Of a stretch of 64,000 bases of DNA, positions 23,465 through 40,187 are shown piece by piece (the first letter of the stretch is position 1; each line of letters begins with the position of its first letter). The translations under genes and the position numbers were made by a program. A model generated the notes under the pieces. That model was not told where the DNA came from and searched no databases. It saw only the letters and a list, made by a program, of their open reading frames with translations. Source of the DNA: Lingula anatina (Eukaryota > Animalia > Brachiopoda); NCBI GenBank assembly GCA_051362555.1, contig CM120640.1, forward strand, positions 67,496,788-67,560,787. Direction: 5' to 3'.

Positions 23465-26400
23465 GAGCTCGTCCACGAGAGAACCAGCCCAGGGTGGCAA
23501 GGTGGGGGTCAGCGGATTTCAACCAAATTTGTTGTATGGAGGCATATTAGGAAGTTATTCATGAGTTAGGAAGGAATCCCAAAAATATCCTTTCTTCAGA
23601 GAATTATAGCCTATTATAAGTCATGGCTTATGTAGCCTCTTTGAGACTCCATTTTTACCTTGGAAAAATAATGATATATTTTGTGTAAATTAAACAAAAA
23701 TGGAGAAAACTAAAAAATATTAGACCTTACAAACATTAAAAACAATCATTTGGCTTGCCACAGATATATGTAGAATTCAGATAAGACCCTGCTTGGGCGA
23801 GCCACACCCATTTATAACACCCCTCCCCCCAAAGTCCAATTTTGATACTACCATCTTTAATTGCATATATCTCCATCTTCACAGGGTTTACAGCTATAAA
23901 ACTGCATGAATATTTTAGGCAGATATGGATCACTCCAAATCAAGTTTCAAAAGTTACTGCTGTATAAAAACAGGTACTGAAAAATACCCCCAAAGTTGGC
24001 CATTTTTAAGGCAAAAAATCATGGTGGATTCATTCCAAGTCTATGTAGACAATGGGTTTGATTAATATATTAAACCATTTTGCTCTACAATAATTTTACT
24101 AAATCAATAGGGCTGGTGAGCATGGAAAGTGGATGTGTACTAATGATTATCAGGTCAGTGGGTCATAGGTCAAGGTCACTGGGCTTCATATTTGTAAATT
24201 GCCATATATGGACTTTTTAATTTGTATGGACAAAAAGTTTAGAGGAAATAAATCTTAGATTCTGTTACTTTGGATAGGCACTGGCAATTAACTTGAGAGT
24301 TTACATGATAATTTTAATATATATATATATTTTTAATATCATCAATTTGGTGAATACAAATTAAAATCTTAGTTTAGTAGCGATTTCTTTTTGGTGCAAT
24401 ATTTATCATATAGAGATCAGGATATGCCATAGTATTTATGAGAGCAAAGCCAGAACAAATCTTTTTTAATTATCAAAAGGTTTTTTTAATCATCCACACC
24501 ACTTTTTGGTGACTATTTATGAGCATACAGTAACTAAAAAATTATTCAATTTAGTTTATTGTTGTCTCAGATGAATAATTACAAATAATAAAAAAATCAC
24601 AAAATTGTTATACAGCAATACATGCAAAGCAGTGCAACATTAGTTGTGATCATTACAAACTATATCATAATGTAGCAAAACAAGATAATTTTCTATTCAA
24701 AAAGCAAAACTAACACAACTGCAAAATATATCCTGGTGTTATGAAACATCTTTGCAGTTTTATATCAAACATTACAGCTCATAACATCAAAGTTTTTAAT
24801 ACATTTTTCTTCCTGATTAGTCTGTAACCCTCCTTACTGACATTTCAATCTCATCTTCATGCTCACAAATGCTAGGTTCTGCTGGCCTGTTTCTTGTGCC
24901 CTTCTAAACTCATTCAGTAAAACTCCTTTACTTTATTTGAATATAGTTTCAAAGGTTTAGATGACTTTAAAGCTCATCCATTGTGTAACTCAGTGAGATA
25001 TTCAAGAGGGTGGAGTTCTCTCACAGCTGATGTGCTTTAAGTTTTTCTTTAGTCAGATTGTTGGCCCACTAGACTTTAATTTGATCAAAAGCTGTTTTTT
25101 TGGCACATTTCATAACTGTGGTCTAAAAAAAGGACCTTACAATTACTCTTCAGTCTTGGTAGCAAAAGATTTCAGAGAAGACTTCTCTGGACAAGAAAAA
25201 TTTCCTTGTTTGTGATCTTGCTTGGTATGGTTCCAGTTGGCACATTTGCCTCAGAAAAATCCAAATTAACTTTAACATCAGTATCACTCATGTTAAAACT
25301 GCTCAAGGAAGGGAGACACCTTTTCTCATGTTGTAGGAATCAAGAAAGTTAAACTGTTGTAATTGGACACTCCAGTCCACGCAGGTTTGGAAGATGTCTG
25401 TCTAGCTGGATGTAGAAAATGGCTCCAACTGCAGAAACTAGGGCCTCTTGCATCTCCTCGGCATTTGTTATATTGTGGCTTTCATTTACACATATGCCTT
25501 TCTACAACAGCCGTCATTTCCACACTAGTTTCAGTTTCTGCAAGGCTTTGGACTCTTGCTGACCATAAGATCACTGTGTGTCAAATAACACTTCTCAAAT
25601 ATGCCTGAAATATAAATATAGCTTAATATAGACACATACAAACACTTATCTGAAAGTTAATTGATACATTGATGAAAAATAAATTATTATCCCATTTGTC
25701 CATGTTTTATAAGTATGAGGAGCCTAGCAATTTTGCCAAGACCAGCCATAGCTTCAATCTAATTCCAATTGTTACCCTTAAATTTATTTTACCCAAATAC
25801 ATTAAACCTACATAAATACCCACACAAAGATAGCTTAAAAGAAAATTATCACAGGTCCTTAGGCTGCAATTTCATTATTTGAAAGGGGGCATTTTTCTTT
25901 TTTAAAAATGGACCGTTTACCATTAAAAAATTACACCTAGATCATTTTTCTGAGTGAACTTTTTTTTTCTGGCTTTTAGTCTGTATTAAAATACAAACAC
26001 ACCGGTTTCTTACCTGAACCAAGTGGCACCAGTAGATTCAAATGGCTTTTTGTCTACACTGACATCTGCAAGTTAATCCCATGACATATTTCGTTATAGG
26101 CTCGTTTTTCCCTGTGTGGATGGTTTCCAGCACAAACCAAGCCCATATCCCAGTGCTGGTCACATGGTGTAACCCATTCATTCTCCCAAAGATACTTGGA
26201 AATGTCCAATTGCGATCATCGGAGACAAAATAATCCACACCTGACAAGAATCAGTTTGCTTTCGTAACTCACGCTGTTTTGCTCCACGTAAACGCGACGA
26301 AGATGACTGTTAATATCTCTGTTGCAATTTTTCAATACACTACATGCTTTTTTATATCTGTACACAGAGTATAAACCACATGATATACGACTTCGTTGAG

Positions 26401-27197
26401 GAAGATTTTCAAAGAAACAGTCTGCTATTTCCGCCATGTTGGATAATGACGTTGTGCTGTTCTGACGTTAGTACATTAGTTTCACATGATTTTAAAATGT
26501 GTTAGATGCTTGTTTTAACCAGAAAAAAATATAAATAGGTAAAATGAAAATAAAAAAGTTCAACTAACAGTGTTTTAAACCATTTGTTGACTTGAAAGAG
26601 ATAGCTGAAGTTGATTGCACCGATATACATGTCCGGATAGATTGACGAAAAATGAAGAAATTAGGTCATGTTCTATCTGTTACAACGGACAAGTTGTAGA
26701 ACAGCAGTAAGTTTTGATTTCATGTATAAATAGATTAATGAGTTATCTGTTAGTCCTGAACAAGCTTTACCCCAAAGACCTGTGAAGATGAAGATATTGT
26801 CAAAAATAGAAGGGGGGTGTTAAAAGCATGTGGTTTGTAGGCCGGAGAAAAACGCTTGGTTTGTTACCATGGAAACAAAGAGAGTGAAAAAAGTGTATAT
26901 CATTTTAATCCCCTATCTTTAGGTTATAATATATCACCAAACTAAATCATTCAGTGACACCTGTATAAACTTTAAGGCCAATCAATATAACCCTGTTTTT
27001 CAGAAGAATTTTTGGTTGATTATACCCCCAAATTGTCACTGGCCATATCTCTGTAAGTAGGGATTTTTTTCAGGAAATATTGCAGCCTCAGATATTGTTC
27101 ATATAAAGGTTCAAACACACCAAATATGATATAAATCCGTTCACCCCCACCTTGCCGCATTTTCTACATTTGGGTTGGTTTTCTCGTGGACACACAC
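23465..27197 (-). mobile_element. Decayed Sola3-like DNA transposon with an intron-containing transposase 5' remnant
   Basis: TTAA on both sides (23461-64 and 27198-201). Termini GAGCTCGTCCACGAGAGAACCAGCCC...GGCAAGGTGGGGGT and the inverted ACCCCCACCTTGCC...GGGTTGGTTTTCTCGTGGAC. Internal minus-strand remnant from ATG 26437 (CNRDINSHLRR, LILVRCGLF, LLVPLGSG|intron|IFEKC) is frameshifted. The superfamily call rests on the TTAA target, the GAG terminus and recalled motifs. Confidence 0.65.
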
Positions 27198-27411
27198 TTA
27201 AAGAATTTGTTTGCTGTGTAGCACTGAATACGGAAATGATTACAGTTGTGGCAATCTTAATTGTTATCTTGTTGCTAGGCTGCTGTATTTATCTTACATG
27301 TACTTAACATAAAAAGCGTTTCATATTTTTCTGATTTCACAACTATATTTCCCCATCGCAATAACTGCCCAAGGCTTCTTGCTCAATCTAAAAATATGCT
27401 TTTCATTATAT

Positions 27412-28083
27412 TTATTTGGATCGTGTGCCCCTTTTTCTAGATGTTGCACTTCTTATGGTAGGATCTTTAAATTTTGAATCGATCACCCGTGAAATGCCAG
27501 CATTTTTACTGGGTTTATCATCTGCACTGTTAAGAATTTCTTGCAGAAATGTTATATAGTTAATTGCACATCTCAAAGTGTCAACCTTGCTGACACGTTT
27601 TTCCTTGTTCTTCAGTGGCAAGCAGCTTCTAAGTTGAAAATAACCATCATTAACATTGCGGACGCGATCTCGCTCCCGTTCGTTCCTTCTGCGGATCAAA
27701 CTGCTTTCATAAGGATCTCCTCCATTGAGAGACGGAAGAGGGACTAAAGCTTTTGGGGAAAAGGGATCATTTGGTTTATGTGGGTCGAAATTCAATGCAA
27801 ATCTTGCGGAATGGTGGTCCTGTGCTTCTCTAGTGTTTGTGTCTGCAGGAATGCCACCACTGGATTGGTTACTGTCAGAGCAGCTCGTGCGCGGATATCG
27901 TGACATGGGGGTGGAGTAGGCGTGGCTGAAGATCGGGCATGCTGGCTCGCTGTGATTGGTCCAGAAACTATCAGACGTGAAGTCAGGAGAGAGTTGTTCG
28001 CCGGATCCGCACGATGATGAGGGGATTAGTGAATCAAGATCGAAGATGGTGTTGAAATCGAGGTGAATGGAATCGTGATCCAT
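27412..28083 (-). CDS. Achaete-scute-family bHLH transcription factor (ASCb / ASCL3-5-like), single coding exon
   Basis: SLIRRRNERERDRVRNVNDGYFQLRSCLPLKNKEKRVSKVDTLRCAINYITFLQEIL; 223 aa. Confidence 0.9.
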   Translation of the reverse strand: MDHDSIHLDFNTIFDLDSLIPSSSCGSGEQLSPDFTSDSFWTNHSEPACPIFSHAYSTPMSRYPRTSCSDSNQSSGGIPADTNTREAQDHHSARFALNFDPHKPNDPFSPKALVPLPSLNGGDPYESSLIRRRNERERDRVRNVNDGYFQLRSCLPLKNKEKRVSKVDTLRCAINYITFLQEILNSADDKPSKNAGISRVIDSKFKDPTIRSATSRKRGTRSK

Positions 28084-28096
28084 GCTGAGGTAGATT

Positions 28097-29398
28097 CTGC
28101 AAGATAAAGGTCACAGGTCAACAATTAAGATGTCCCTGCGTGAGCTCACAGAATGAAACATTTTCGTGCAGCTTGGCGTGCTATTTTCAAAGAAAATAAC
28201 TACTTGCGCGTAAGACAACTTGCCCAGTAGTGGCGTGTAAACCGATACTACTCAAATAAATAAAAATGAATCAATGATGACATTATTGCTAGGGTGACGA
28301 GGCTGAAACACGCTCATGGTAAGCATCTCTCTAAAAAATTAAAGCCCACATACAAAGGAACAAGAAAATCAGAACTGTTTACTTTAGAAGCGTGCAGCAG
28401 CAAAACCAGAATACAATTGGCGATCATTAAAATCTCATCCCACCACTGATACGTCGCTAATTGGCCCCAATGTTTGTAGCATTTTGTCAGGTGTGGCTCT
28501 AGGCACCTATCAAGCTTCAATGTGCTCGCAAGCCTCAATAGTAATGATGTGTTACGCAAATTAATTTTATCCAAACATATGAATCTAGGTGTTTCAGGTG
28601 CCGTACAAACTTAACTCCCGTTTTCCTCGTTAAACACCATATTTAATATTATCATTTGTCATTAATTTCTTTTAGTTGAAAAAAGATATTTTGCATACAC
28701 CCTTCATTTGCAATGCGAATTTACCTTGATTCTATGAAAACTTGAAACATTCCTTCAGAAAAACATTGATATTGCTATGTGACAGCTCTGTATCTGTAAC
28801 TGTTTCCGGGCCCCGATGTACAAAAAAAGACCATATATGCAAAGTGCAGTATTTTGCTAAAAACGACGCTGCTTTTAGGCAAAAACTGTTTATCTTTGGC
28901 GAAGCGTGCCCAGTTGTTTTATGTGGACTAATAAGATTTACTCAGACTAAATGTTTCAATGTAAACCAACATTGGACTTCCAATCTTTTAAGAAGATGGA
29001 CGCTGACCAAAGAAACAACTTGTTAAAATAAAAGTCTTTTTGGCAAAATAAATCATAACATTCAAGTTCCTATTAATTTTTTCATCATAGTACTGACTAG
29101 GGCACTATGCTGTTCGATATAGAAAATATCACAACACCATACACCAATTTGTTATTGTTTTAGAAAAAATGTGAACAAAGTAGGATTAAGATGTATTCAT
29201 AAGAAAATAAATTTAAAAAGATGCCCCTCGATCTACAGAAATAATACACACTCTTACCTGTCTAAATGCAATGCCCTTTCTTCAGTTTCTTAAATGTTGG
29301 ATCCTCTGTCGCTATTTTCTTCAACGCGTGGCAGCGGATGCGAGTCACACGCGGAGCGGCCTGCTACTCTCGTGCCGTGCAACAAGTCTCTATTTATA
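28097..29398 (-). promoter_or_regulatory. Inferred TATA promoter, non-coding exon 1 and 5'-UTR intron of the ASCL gene
   Basis: Minus-strand TATAAATA at 29398-29391. Donor CAG|GTAAGA with exon ending at 29258; acceptor TTTATCTTGCAG| 13 nt before the ATG; intron 29257-28097. Confidence 0.6.
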
Positions 29399-30220
29399 CA
29401 CCTTGTTGCGCTTTGTCAACACAGCGGAGTTAGGAGACCGCGAAACTGTTTATACCCAGGCCGCATGCGACGGGCTGGACCTTTCTCTGCAGAGTTTGAA
29501 GATTGTTTGCATGAACATCTTGTAGTCTAATTATAAAACAGGTGTTTTTGACTCCCGTCCCGAAGATTATGAAACTGTAACATCGATCAAACGAATTTTG
29601 ATGTGCTTTTTTTGGATCGCTGGAAGAGAGGTAGGGTTAAGGCGGTGAGGGATGTATGTCACGCCTCTTTCAGACCAACTAGATTTTTTTCTAAATAAAA
29701 ACAGATATTACATAATTAAATGCTTATCTTTTCCGTCGAATTGTTTTCTTTTTAAATGCAACTTGATAAAGGAAAAGATAAATGTCAGTATCGCTTACAT
29801 TCACTTCACTTTTTGTAGGATTGTTCCCCATCACATCAAAACGACCTGAGTACAGGTTCGTTAGAAAATGGAAGAAAATTAAAATCGAACTTCAAGTTTT
29901 TCAAATGTGCAAACATTCTATAGCAGTAGGGGTGTTTTCCTTTATGAACAAAGAAAAAAACGTAGAATAAAGCCTTTTCTCTTATATAATATACAAGGAG
30001 AGGGTGCAGATCGGGTTTGGTTGATTCAGTTGCGGGCCCGGTATATTCAGCTGTTCTCAGTGCAAACTGATTCGCGTGCCCAGCGCTCTTAAGAGAACAT
30101 TGTCGCACTTAATTTGACAGCTTAAATAAAGATTTTAGGAGAACAGAAGAAAATAAAGAGTGTTTTGGAGTGAAAATATAGGCACTTAAAGCAGGCAGGT
30201 GGTTGTCTAAAGTTTGCAAC

Positions 30221-30520
30221 CACCTCTCTCTCCGTCCCTACTGCCTAGGTCACTGCAAAACCCGTTCTACACATAAGGCACACTCTAAACATTCTCCTGC
30301 AAAACCAGTTCTTACGTGTAATATTCAATGTGAATAAAGGGGTTACTCGTAACCTTTGCCTAAATTAGTTACGACCCCCTCTATCTCCATCCCTTAGTCA
30401 CTGCAAAACCAGTTTCGCACATAAGGCACACTCTAAACATTCTCCTGTAAAACCAGTTCTTACGAATAATATCTAATGTGAAAAAAGGGTTACTCGTAAC
30501 CTTTGCCTAAATCTGTTACG
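30221..30520. repeat. Two-copy tandem duplication of about 150 bp
   Basis: GTCACTGCAAAACC...CACATAAGGCACACTCTAAACATTCTCCTG...GGGTTACTCGTAACCTTTGCCTAAAT occurs twice. Confidence 0.9.
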
Positions 30521-33500
30521 GCACATCGCCAGTTTCAGAAATTTGAGTGCATTAAATAGAAAATTAATAGTTGTGGTAGGCTGTCTTCAAAGACCGCATC
30601 TTCCTCTTCATTGCCATAAACAAGAACACCACTCTGTGATGTCAAACCAAATTGTGGTGGATATCAAGACTCTTACTTATACAATACCGTGTTCTTAACC
30701 ATGGGATCGTGTAAAATGTAACTGTAATATCTGAAGTCTGTTTGGAAATTAATGTCGTATCCATGCAAGTTATGGTTCTTTTTCATGTTTGGAAGTTAAC
30801 ATATTTTACATAACTTTTATGTAATCTGTGGTGCTTTTTCATTTATATATATATTAAAAGCTCTCGTGCCATTTACTGTTTGCAATGCGCATTAATGCTC
30901 TAATCAGATAAAAAAATTTAGCCAGTATTGGCATGATTGGTCTAAAACTCTATTGCTTTTTGTCGGTGAATGGCTACTCAGCTAACCTTTGTGCTCTTTG
31001 TTGCATCAGACATGAAAGAAGCGTTATTTATTTTACACAGCTACTCCGCTTAAACACATTCTGTTAAGAAAGGACAAAAAATAAAAGTAAGGTATGACCA
31101 AGATTAACTAAACATTAGGCGTGAAATGAAATGCCTGTTACCTAGCTTTAAGCAGTAACTATATGATAGTAGTTGTTTTTTCGATTTTAGAAACGGTAGC
31201 AGTCAATTCGTGACATATTGTTTATCGCAACGCCTGTATAATTTGGAGGAATAAGCGTGAAAATACTCTTATGTTCAATTGAGGGTTTTACTTGCGTATT
31301 TCCACACGCATCTTACCAAAACAAACGCCATAAACTTGGTGAGGCTCTTATAAAACCGTGATAAGTGAAACGATTCACAGTCATGGAAAAGCTAATTTAA
31401 CTGGTAAGTTAAGAGTGCTTCGTGGAACGTCAATGAGGCAGATCTCACACCACAATCATTGTCTTGTAACTACTTGAAGGACACTCACTAAGTCAAACTA
31501 AAACAAAACCAATTGTTCAAGGGCGACTCTGCGGTCCGCCCTGCCCCGGCGGTTTGTTGACAAGAGGATTGAAGTTGCATCACTTGAAACGAATACCAAA
31601 CAAGTTCTCTAAATGAAGGGAAGGAAACTGTTTATGTTTGAGCGACTTGGGTCTGGGGACTTTATGCAGCATTTGTCTTAGATGATTTGATAGACATTAG
31701 ATTGGGTTTTGTGTGGGACTGTGCTGACAATATTTCATGCAAAGTTTATTGCCTTCTTCTCCCTGCCAGAGGCTACCAGATTCCGGTTTGGTGACGACTT
31801 TTTTCCAAAAAGATTCTTACAGTACAATGATGCGCACAGAATAGTTAGAGGAATGTAAATGAATATCTAGTCAAATTTCCCTGTATGGCCCAGGTACAGG
31901 GTAATTACCTCCTGTGCATATCGTGGCACGAGGGGGTGGGGTGACCATGATGGTCTGGCGGCGATGGCAGACACTATCATAAGTTATCCCTTGATTGAAT
32001 TCATTCATTCAACGTACAACCTTACGTCTTTGATTATTCTCGATATTGATTGAACTCCTAGCACTTTTTGAAAAAAGAAACTTATGCATAGAATAGAATG
32101 CCGAACGCAAATATGTCTTTCCTAGATCTCATCAGACTGACCTTTTTCTTGGAAAGTTAGATTTAAAAAATAACGCTATTTCATGCAGGGATGATAGGGT
32201 ACATGTATATGGAAGAAAGACTAGAGAAAACTTAGGAGGTAAGGCTGAATCATTTAAAACGAATCAGAGCAGAGGAAAAGCAGTAACTCTTTGTGTTATT
32301 TTAATCTGGTTATTTTTATTTACAAAATAATTCACAGCACATTAATTTAAGGCAAACCGACACGTTAATTTTGACAAATATATTCGTTGCATAACCTGAA
32401 ATAACGTGACATCACCAGAGAACTAATTTAAGAATTCACCATGAAATATTTAATACCGTTGACTTCATTGTCTTTGATGATTACTGTAAGAAAAAAGTGA
32501 ACATACTGTATAATAACAGGTCACACATGTATTGAGTGGTGGAGTCAGTTTTACAAAGGAACTTTGGTCCGAAAATTTGTTTTATCTTTCAGGCAAAAAA
32601 TTGACCTTTTCCATTGAAAAGCAACAGTGCTCAACTTTAAGTAAGTATTGGTATGAAACTTTACTTATATATATATTTTTTGTTAAAACATGCGCAATAT
32701 TTAATTTAGTTAGAATGCTACTGATTTCTCTTGAGTCATAGCAGACTTGAATTTTAGTCTAAAAGCTTAGCGCTATTTCAGGGTTTAAATTCTTTTGTGT
32801 AATAGAGCCCAGATTGGGTTTGACTAAAGCTTCGTATTCAGTAGCCTAACCTGTTTTGTCTAATTTAATGTCATAACTGAGCATTCCCTCTGTGTAACCG
32901 ATAAATATTTTGTCAAGAATGTTATGCTTGCATAGGGACCACAAATCCTTCCTTTTTGTTACGTCTTTCAGGTTAATGTTGCTAATATTTAGTTAGAGAT
33001 GGGCAATTTCCGATTAGGGCACTTCTCATTCAGCAGTGAAATGTATCACAATATATTTCACTTGCCAGTGCGCTGTAAAACATGTTTTTGTTTCGCTGTT
33101 GACAACTAAAAGGAAGAAATATACCAGTGTAGTTCAAGACGCTTGCAATAACAGGTAAATAAAAGGTATGGTGTCTCTGCTCTAAGGTTTCATCGGACTG
33201 GATCTTGAATTGCTGGGTAAAGACTGACTTCAGGCAAAGTCAAATACATAAATAGAACCCTTCGCGCATATTTTACAATGGGTCGCGTAATTCCAATTGA
33301 AAATAGCCATTGAAACCCTGGTTTATAAAATCAAATAGTTTGGTCCCTTTGGAAGGAGGTACATGTGATTTTGCATGGATCTCAGGTAACGCATTTGAGC
33401 TCCGTTTACTTATTTCTTGAGATCGAACCAGGTGACCTTGTCATTATTAACATGATTGTTTTTTTCTAATACCACTGTAATCTCTAATGTTTCCTGTCAC

Positions 33501-34615
33501 AGACAGAATGATAACACATATCAAAGTCATGTGTCGAAAATAAGACGATTTTATGAGAGTAAAGCTCATTAATAAAGAGCTGCTTTTGAACTGCTATTTT
33601 TACATATTCCCTTCCAGTACTACTGCAGAGACACAACGTGAACACTGCATAAAAAGACAAAATGAAAGTAAGCACTCACATAGAAGATGAAAAGCAGCAG
33701 GGCTTATTGTCATCCTTCTCCATCAGAAGACTCCTGCATGCCTTTCTTCATAACTAATTTCTACTGATACAACATTCAGTAGCCATCGTTAAAAAAAATA
33801 GAAACATGATAGATTAGGAAGACACAATGTTGACCAAATATTGAATAAATATCTCCATAAAATGATGAAATAAAAAGGAATATTTTACAGAAAACTTGTG
33901 GTTTTTATGATGCAGATGGTTTACTTTGTGGATGTTTGATTTTATCCTCACACAAAAATATTAGAAGATGAATGAGTATACTAGACGAACTGATATGTCT
34001 CGCCAAAATGTTCCCCTGCTTTTTGATGGAAACGGTTTGTTTAAACTAGAGAAAACCCATAAACGGATATTTAATCGGGGTAGCTTGAACAATGTTTACT
34101 TTTTAACCTGAGCCTAAGATCACCTCGAGTTGATTTGAATTTAAACGGTCTATTGACACGTCAACATGTAATGCAAAGTTTAACCCTCATGTGCGTCACG
34201 CGACAGTCGGGTAAAGAATCACGAGTCGAGGGCACGCCAATGTTTGCGTTTGAATTCACACGCTTCTCGTAAAAGCTGTGGGGTAAAAACGCGGGCAAGC
34301 CTGTTAAGTTCTATTTTAATGAATGAGATCATTGCGCAAGAGTGAAATAGAAATATATATCACGATTCATTCATTCATTCATAAAAAAGGTGCTGGAAGA
34401 TCTTTATATCTTCACGTTCTCCAAACCAACCTCAGTTGGTTCCCACAGGCGTTATCCTGGATTTGTATTGCCCTGCTTTGGAATAGATTTTAGACTCGCG
34501 TGTCAGTTAAGTTATTTTGAGTCACTTATGAAATTCTGTAATTATGAATAAATGTAAAATACAGCAAATATTCTTGTAACTTTTTACAGTTCTCACGCAC
34601 AGGGTTTTGTAGGTA

Positions 34616-34851
34616 CACACACTGGACAATAGAAGTGTCACCCCTACTGAACCAATACTTTGGGGGAGATAAATGACTGTGGAATGATATGCTCCTGGTA
34701 TCATTTAATTAACAAATTTCACAAAAAGACCAACAATACAATTCCATGGTACAGCGGTTTTATACTCATTAGTCACATTATAAGTAGACCAGGCATTATA
34801 AAGTTTGATTACTCTAATTCAGGGGGTGACACTTCTATTGTCCAGTGTGTG
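34616..34851. mobile_element. Tc1/mariner-type MITE
   Basis: Perfect TIR CACACACTGGACAATAGAAGTGTCACCCC / GGGGTGACACTTCTATTGTCCAGTGTGTG, flanked by TA on both sides. Confidence 0.85.
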
Positions 34852-35804
34852 TACATGTAGGGCTACGTGCCACTGATGCGGCCTTTGTAGTGCTACATGA
34901 TGTTCAACAAGTTATAGGCCAAAAACATTGAAAATGATACTTACGAGAATAACAAATATTAATGGAAAAGGCTTGTTTTTTAATCAAAACTTCACATTTC
35001 AAAGCAAAGGCAATTTTCTAACTTTGTTTTGATTTCCTCAACAAGCAACTCCAAAAAAGAACCCTTTTATTCCGTTTAGCCAAAGTCTTGTGGTTGTGGA
35101 TGCTTTTTTTAGAAGCATTTACCTTGAGCCTATAGGCCTACTGGCGATAGTAGTAGGATACCCGTGCAATGCAGAGTCAATAAACTTAAATTTTAAATTG
35201 TTTTCTGCTTTGCCTTCCATCCTGGCTCCATCTTTCGTATTCTGAGTCATTGGGTTTTAAGTCTCGCTGATAGAACAGCAACACCAGGAACGGCTTCTAA
35301 TAGAAATTTAATGTATTGATAAAAAATGCCACTGAAATGCCACAGTGAGTAGGTCTATCCCCCTACCCCACTGTTATATTTCTCCTCTGTAAATTATTTT
35401 GAGCTCTTCGTTTTTAAATGAAAAGAGAAAAACACCATTCAAACAATTATGCATGCGATTTTCTGACTTGGACTAAAATGTTTGGAGAAAAGTGGCAAAC
35501 ATTTTTAGGAAGTGAAAGTCTGCCGAGTGGCCCACGGTGGAAAACACAATCATCACAATTAAGGCTGTGACTCTACAAAGCAAACGCAATCACAACTAAC
35601 TTAATTTTCGATGATCAATAAGTTCAATAAATAGACATTATTCCGTTGAATAAGCAAAAATTCCACATATGCTCATCTACAGTTATCTCGTTTTTGAAAA
35701 CTTTATCACGATTTTACACTTTCAAAGAAAGTACTGGTGTAAAGTTGAGCTTATCTTGTAAAGTGTCGCCTCTTTATGTCATCGCTGTTCAAAACGACTG
35801 CACG

Positions 35805-38525
<2,721 letters not shown>

Positions 38526-39834
38526 AGTATGGGCAACTGCAACCAAACTCCATTTCATTATAAATATATCTGTAGCATAATGAATAAGAAGTCTTACTTA
38601 GATGTGTTGACATGAAGTCCCACTTAAAAATTGGTTTTTGGCCTTAGCAGCTTAGGCTGCCATCTTGCCCACAACATTAGTGCCACTTGTAACCCACTAA
38701 GTCCAAATTCTACGGACAGTATTGTAATTGCATATTTTGTAAACATTTAAATTCAGTTGAAAGTTACAAAGTGAAAGCAATTGTAAACACAAATATCTAA
38801 TATTGAAGTGCTATGTTTAAATCCAGTGTAGGATAGTGATATAGGAACAAAGAAGTGGTTTGGAAAGTTTTCACAGGTGCAAAGCATCGATGGGTTTAGA
38901 ATTGTTAGAGACTGCAATACAAGATACACTTCTTTAATGACGTGTGAGAGATCTCAGCATTCCATTTTATGTAATATTTACATATTTGTTTACCAAAGAT
39001 TACTTTTACCTAGTATATCATTTTATAATTTTGTTATAGTATTTAGACAAGTTTTATAACCTTAGATGTGCAATGCTTTGAGCATGACATGACAAAGTCA
39101 GGTAGATTATTAATGTCAAAGCTAGTTATAATATTATAACAAACTCTAGTTTACTTTTTACTACATTTTGTGGCTTAAAATATAGCAGTGGGACTGTGCT
39201 TGAAAGACATGAACATAAGCATATGTGACATTTTATGATGATGTTCAGCATAAGGAAAGTGCTGCCAATAAGATCTTGAAAGTGTCAATAGAAAGAGCAT
39301 ATTAGTAGTAAATTTAATTGACAGCTAACATTACACATTGATTAAATTTCTGTAATTTTCTGCCAAGTCATAAAAGCTTGAAAGTTATCTCTGTTCAAGT
39401 TCAGTAATAAATTACCATAATTTTTCTAACAATCCTTCTAGTCTCCTGAATATATTGATGTATATGTAAACAATTACTCTTTCATTTGTCTTCTTTATTT
39501 TTGTAAAAGATTCACGATCCAACTTCTTTCTTTCTTTGCTGAAACATTGCTCAATACTCAAGGCTTACTTTTGTAAACCAAACTGTTGGAAAGTCTGAAA
39601 TCTTGTAAAAACCAACATGCGGGGTGGGGTTGGGGGAGCATTAGAAATGCAGCTCCGTCTATGAAAATGTTCACTGCCCTGCATTATGGGAGACGTGGCA
39701 ATAACAAATGATGATGGTACACTTGAGCCAAACCATGAAAACTACTTGACCTTTATCATAATCTGACTGTTCACAGACATCAATTCTCACTCCTCAACCA
39801 GACCTAATTTTAACTACATTTTGACGGGTAGCGG

Positions 39835-40187
39835 TGTCACTGTCAGTTCCCCTCACTTTATTGTTGAATCCAAGCCTGGCCACGCCGGAACACAAGAGAG
39901 ACGATAATTTCATATGAAAACGCCCCGTAAAGTGTTCCGCCGTGGCCATCAGGGCTATACCCCCGCCACTAAGCAAACGACTAAGGTTTGATAGCGCGGC
40001 CGCTGTGGGGGTGGTCGCCCTTCAAGCCTGGCGGAGTTTAAAGATCCATTTGAAGCCGCTGGAAAGCGACCTCAAGACGAAGTAAGCGTTATTTTTTTCT
40101 TATCGGCACGTTGAAGGTTGATGTCGAAGTATGCGAGATGAGTACTGCCCTCCAGCCCGCCATACCGAAGGTTTGGTGTACAGAACT
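39835..40187 (-). ncRNA. Candidate Pol II structured RNA (or micropeptide gene) divergent from MSH2; family unidentified
   Basis: Minus-strand CCAAT 40257-53, TATAAATA 40219-12, TCAGTT Inr 40189-84 and AATAAA 39862-57, enclosing several nested helices with G-U pairs on the minus strand. Confidence 0.4.

Noticed and set aside
39835-40187. Telomerase RNA, RNase P/MRP, 7SK or H/ACA snoRNA identity
   Set aside because: The promoter layout (CRE, CCAAT, TATA) is suggestive, but I find no CUAACCCU template, no P4 consensus motifs and no H box between the hairpins. Left unassigned.
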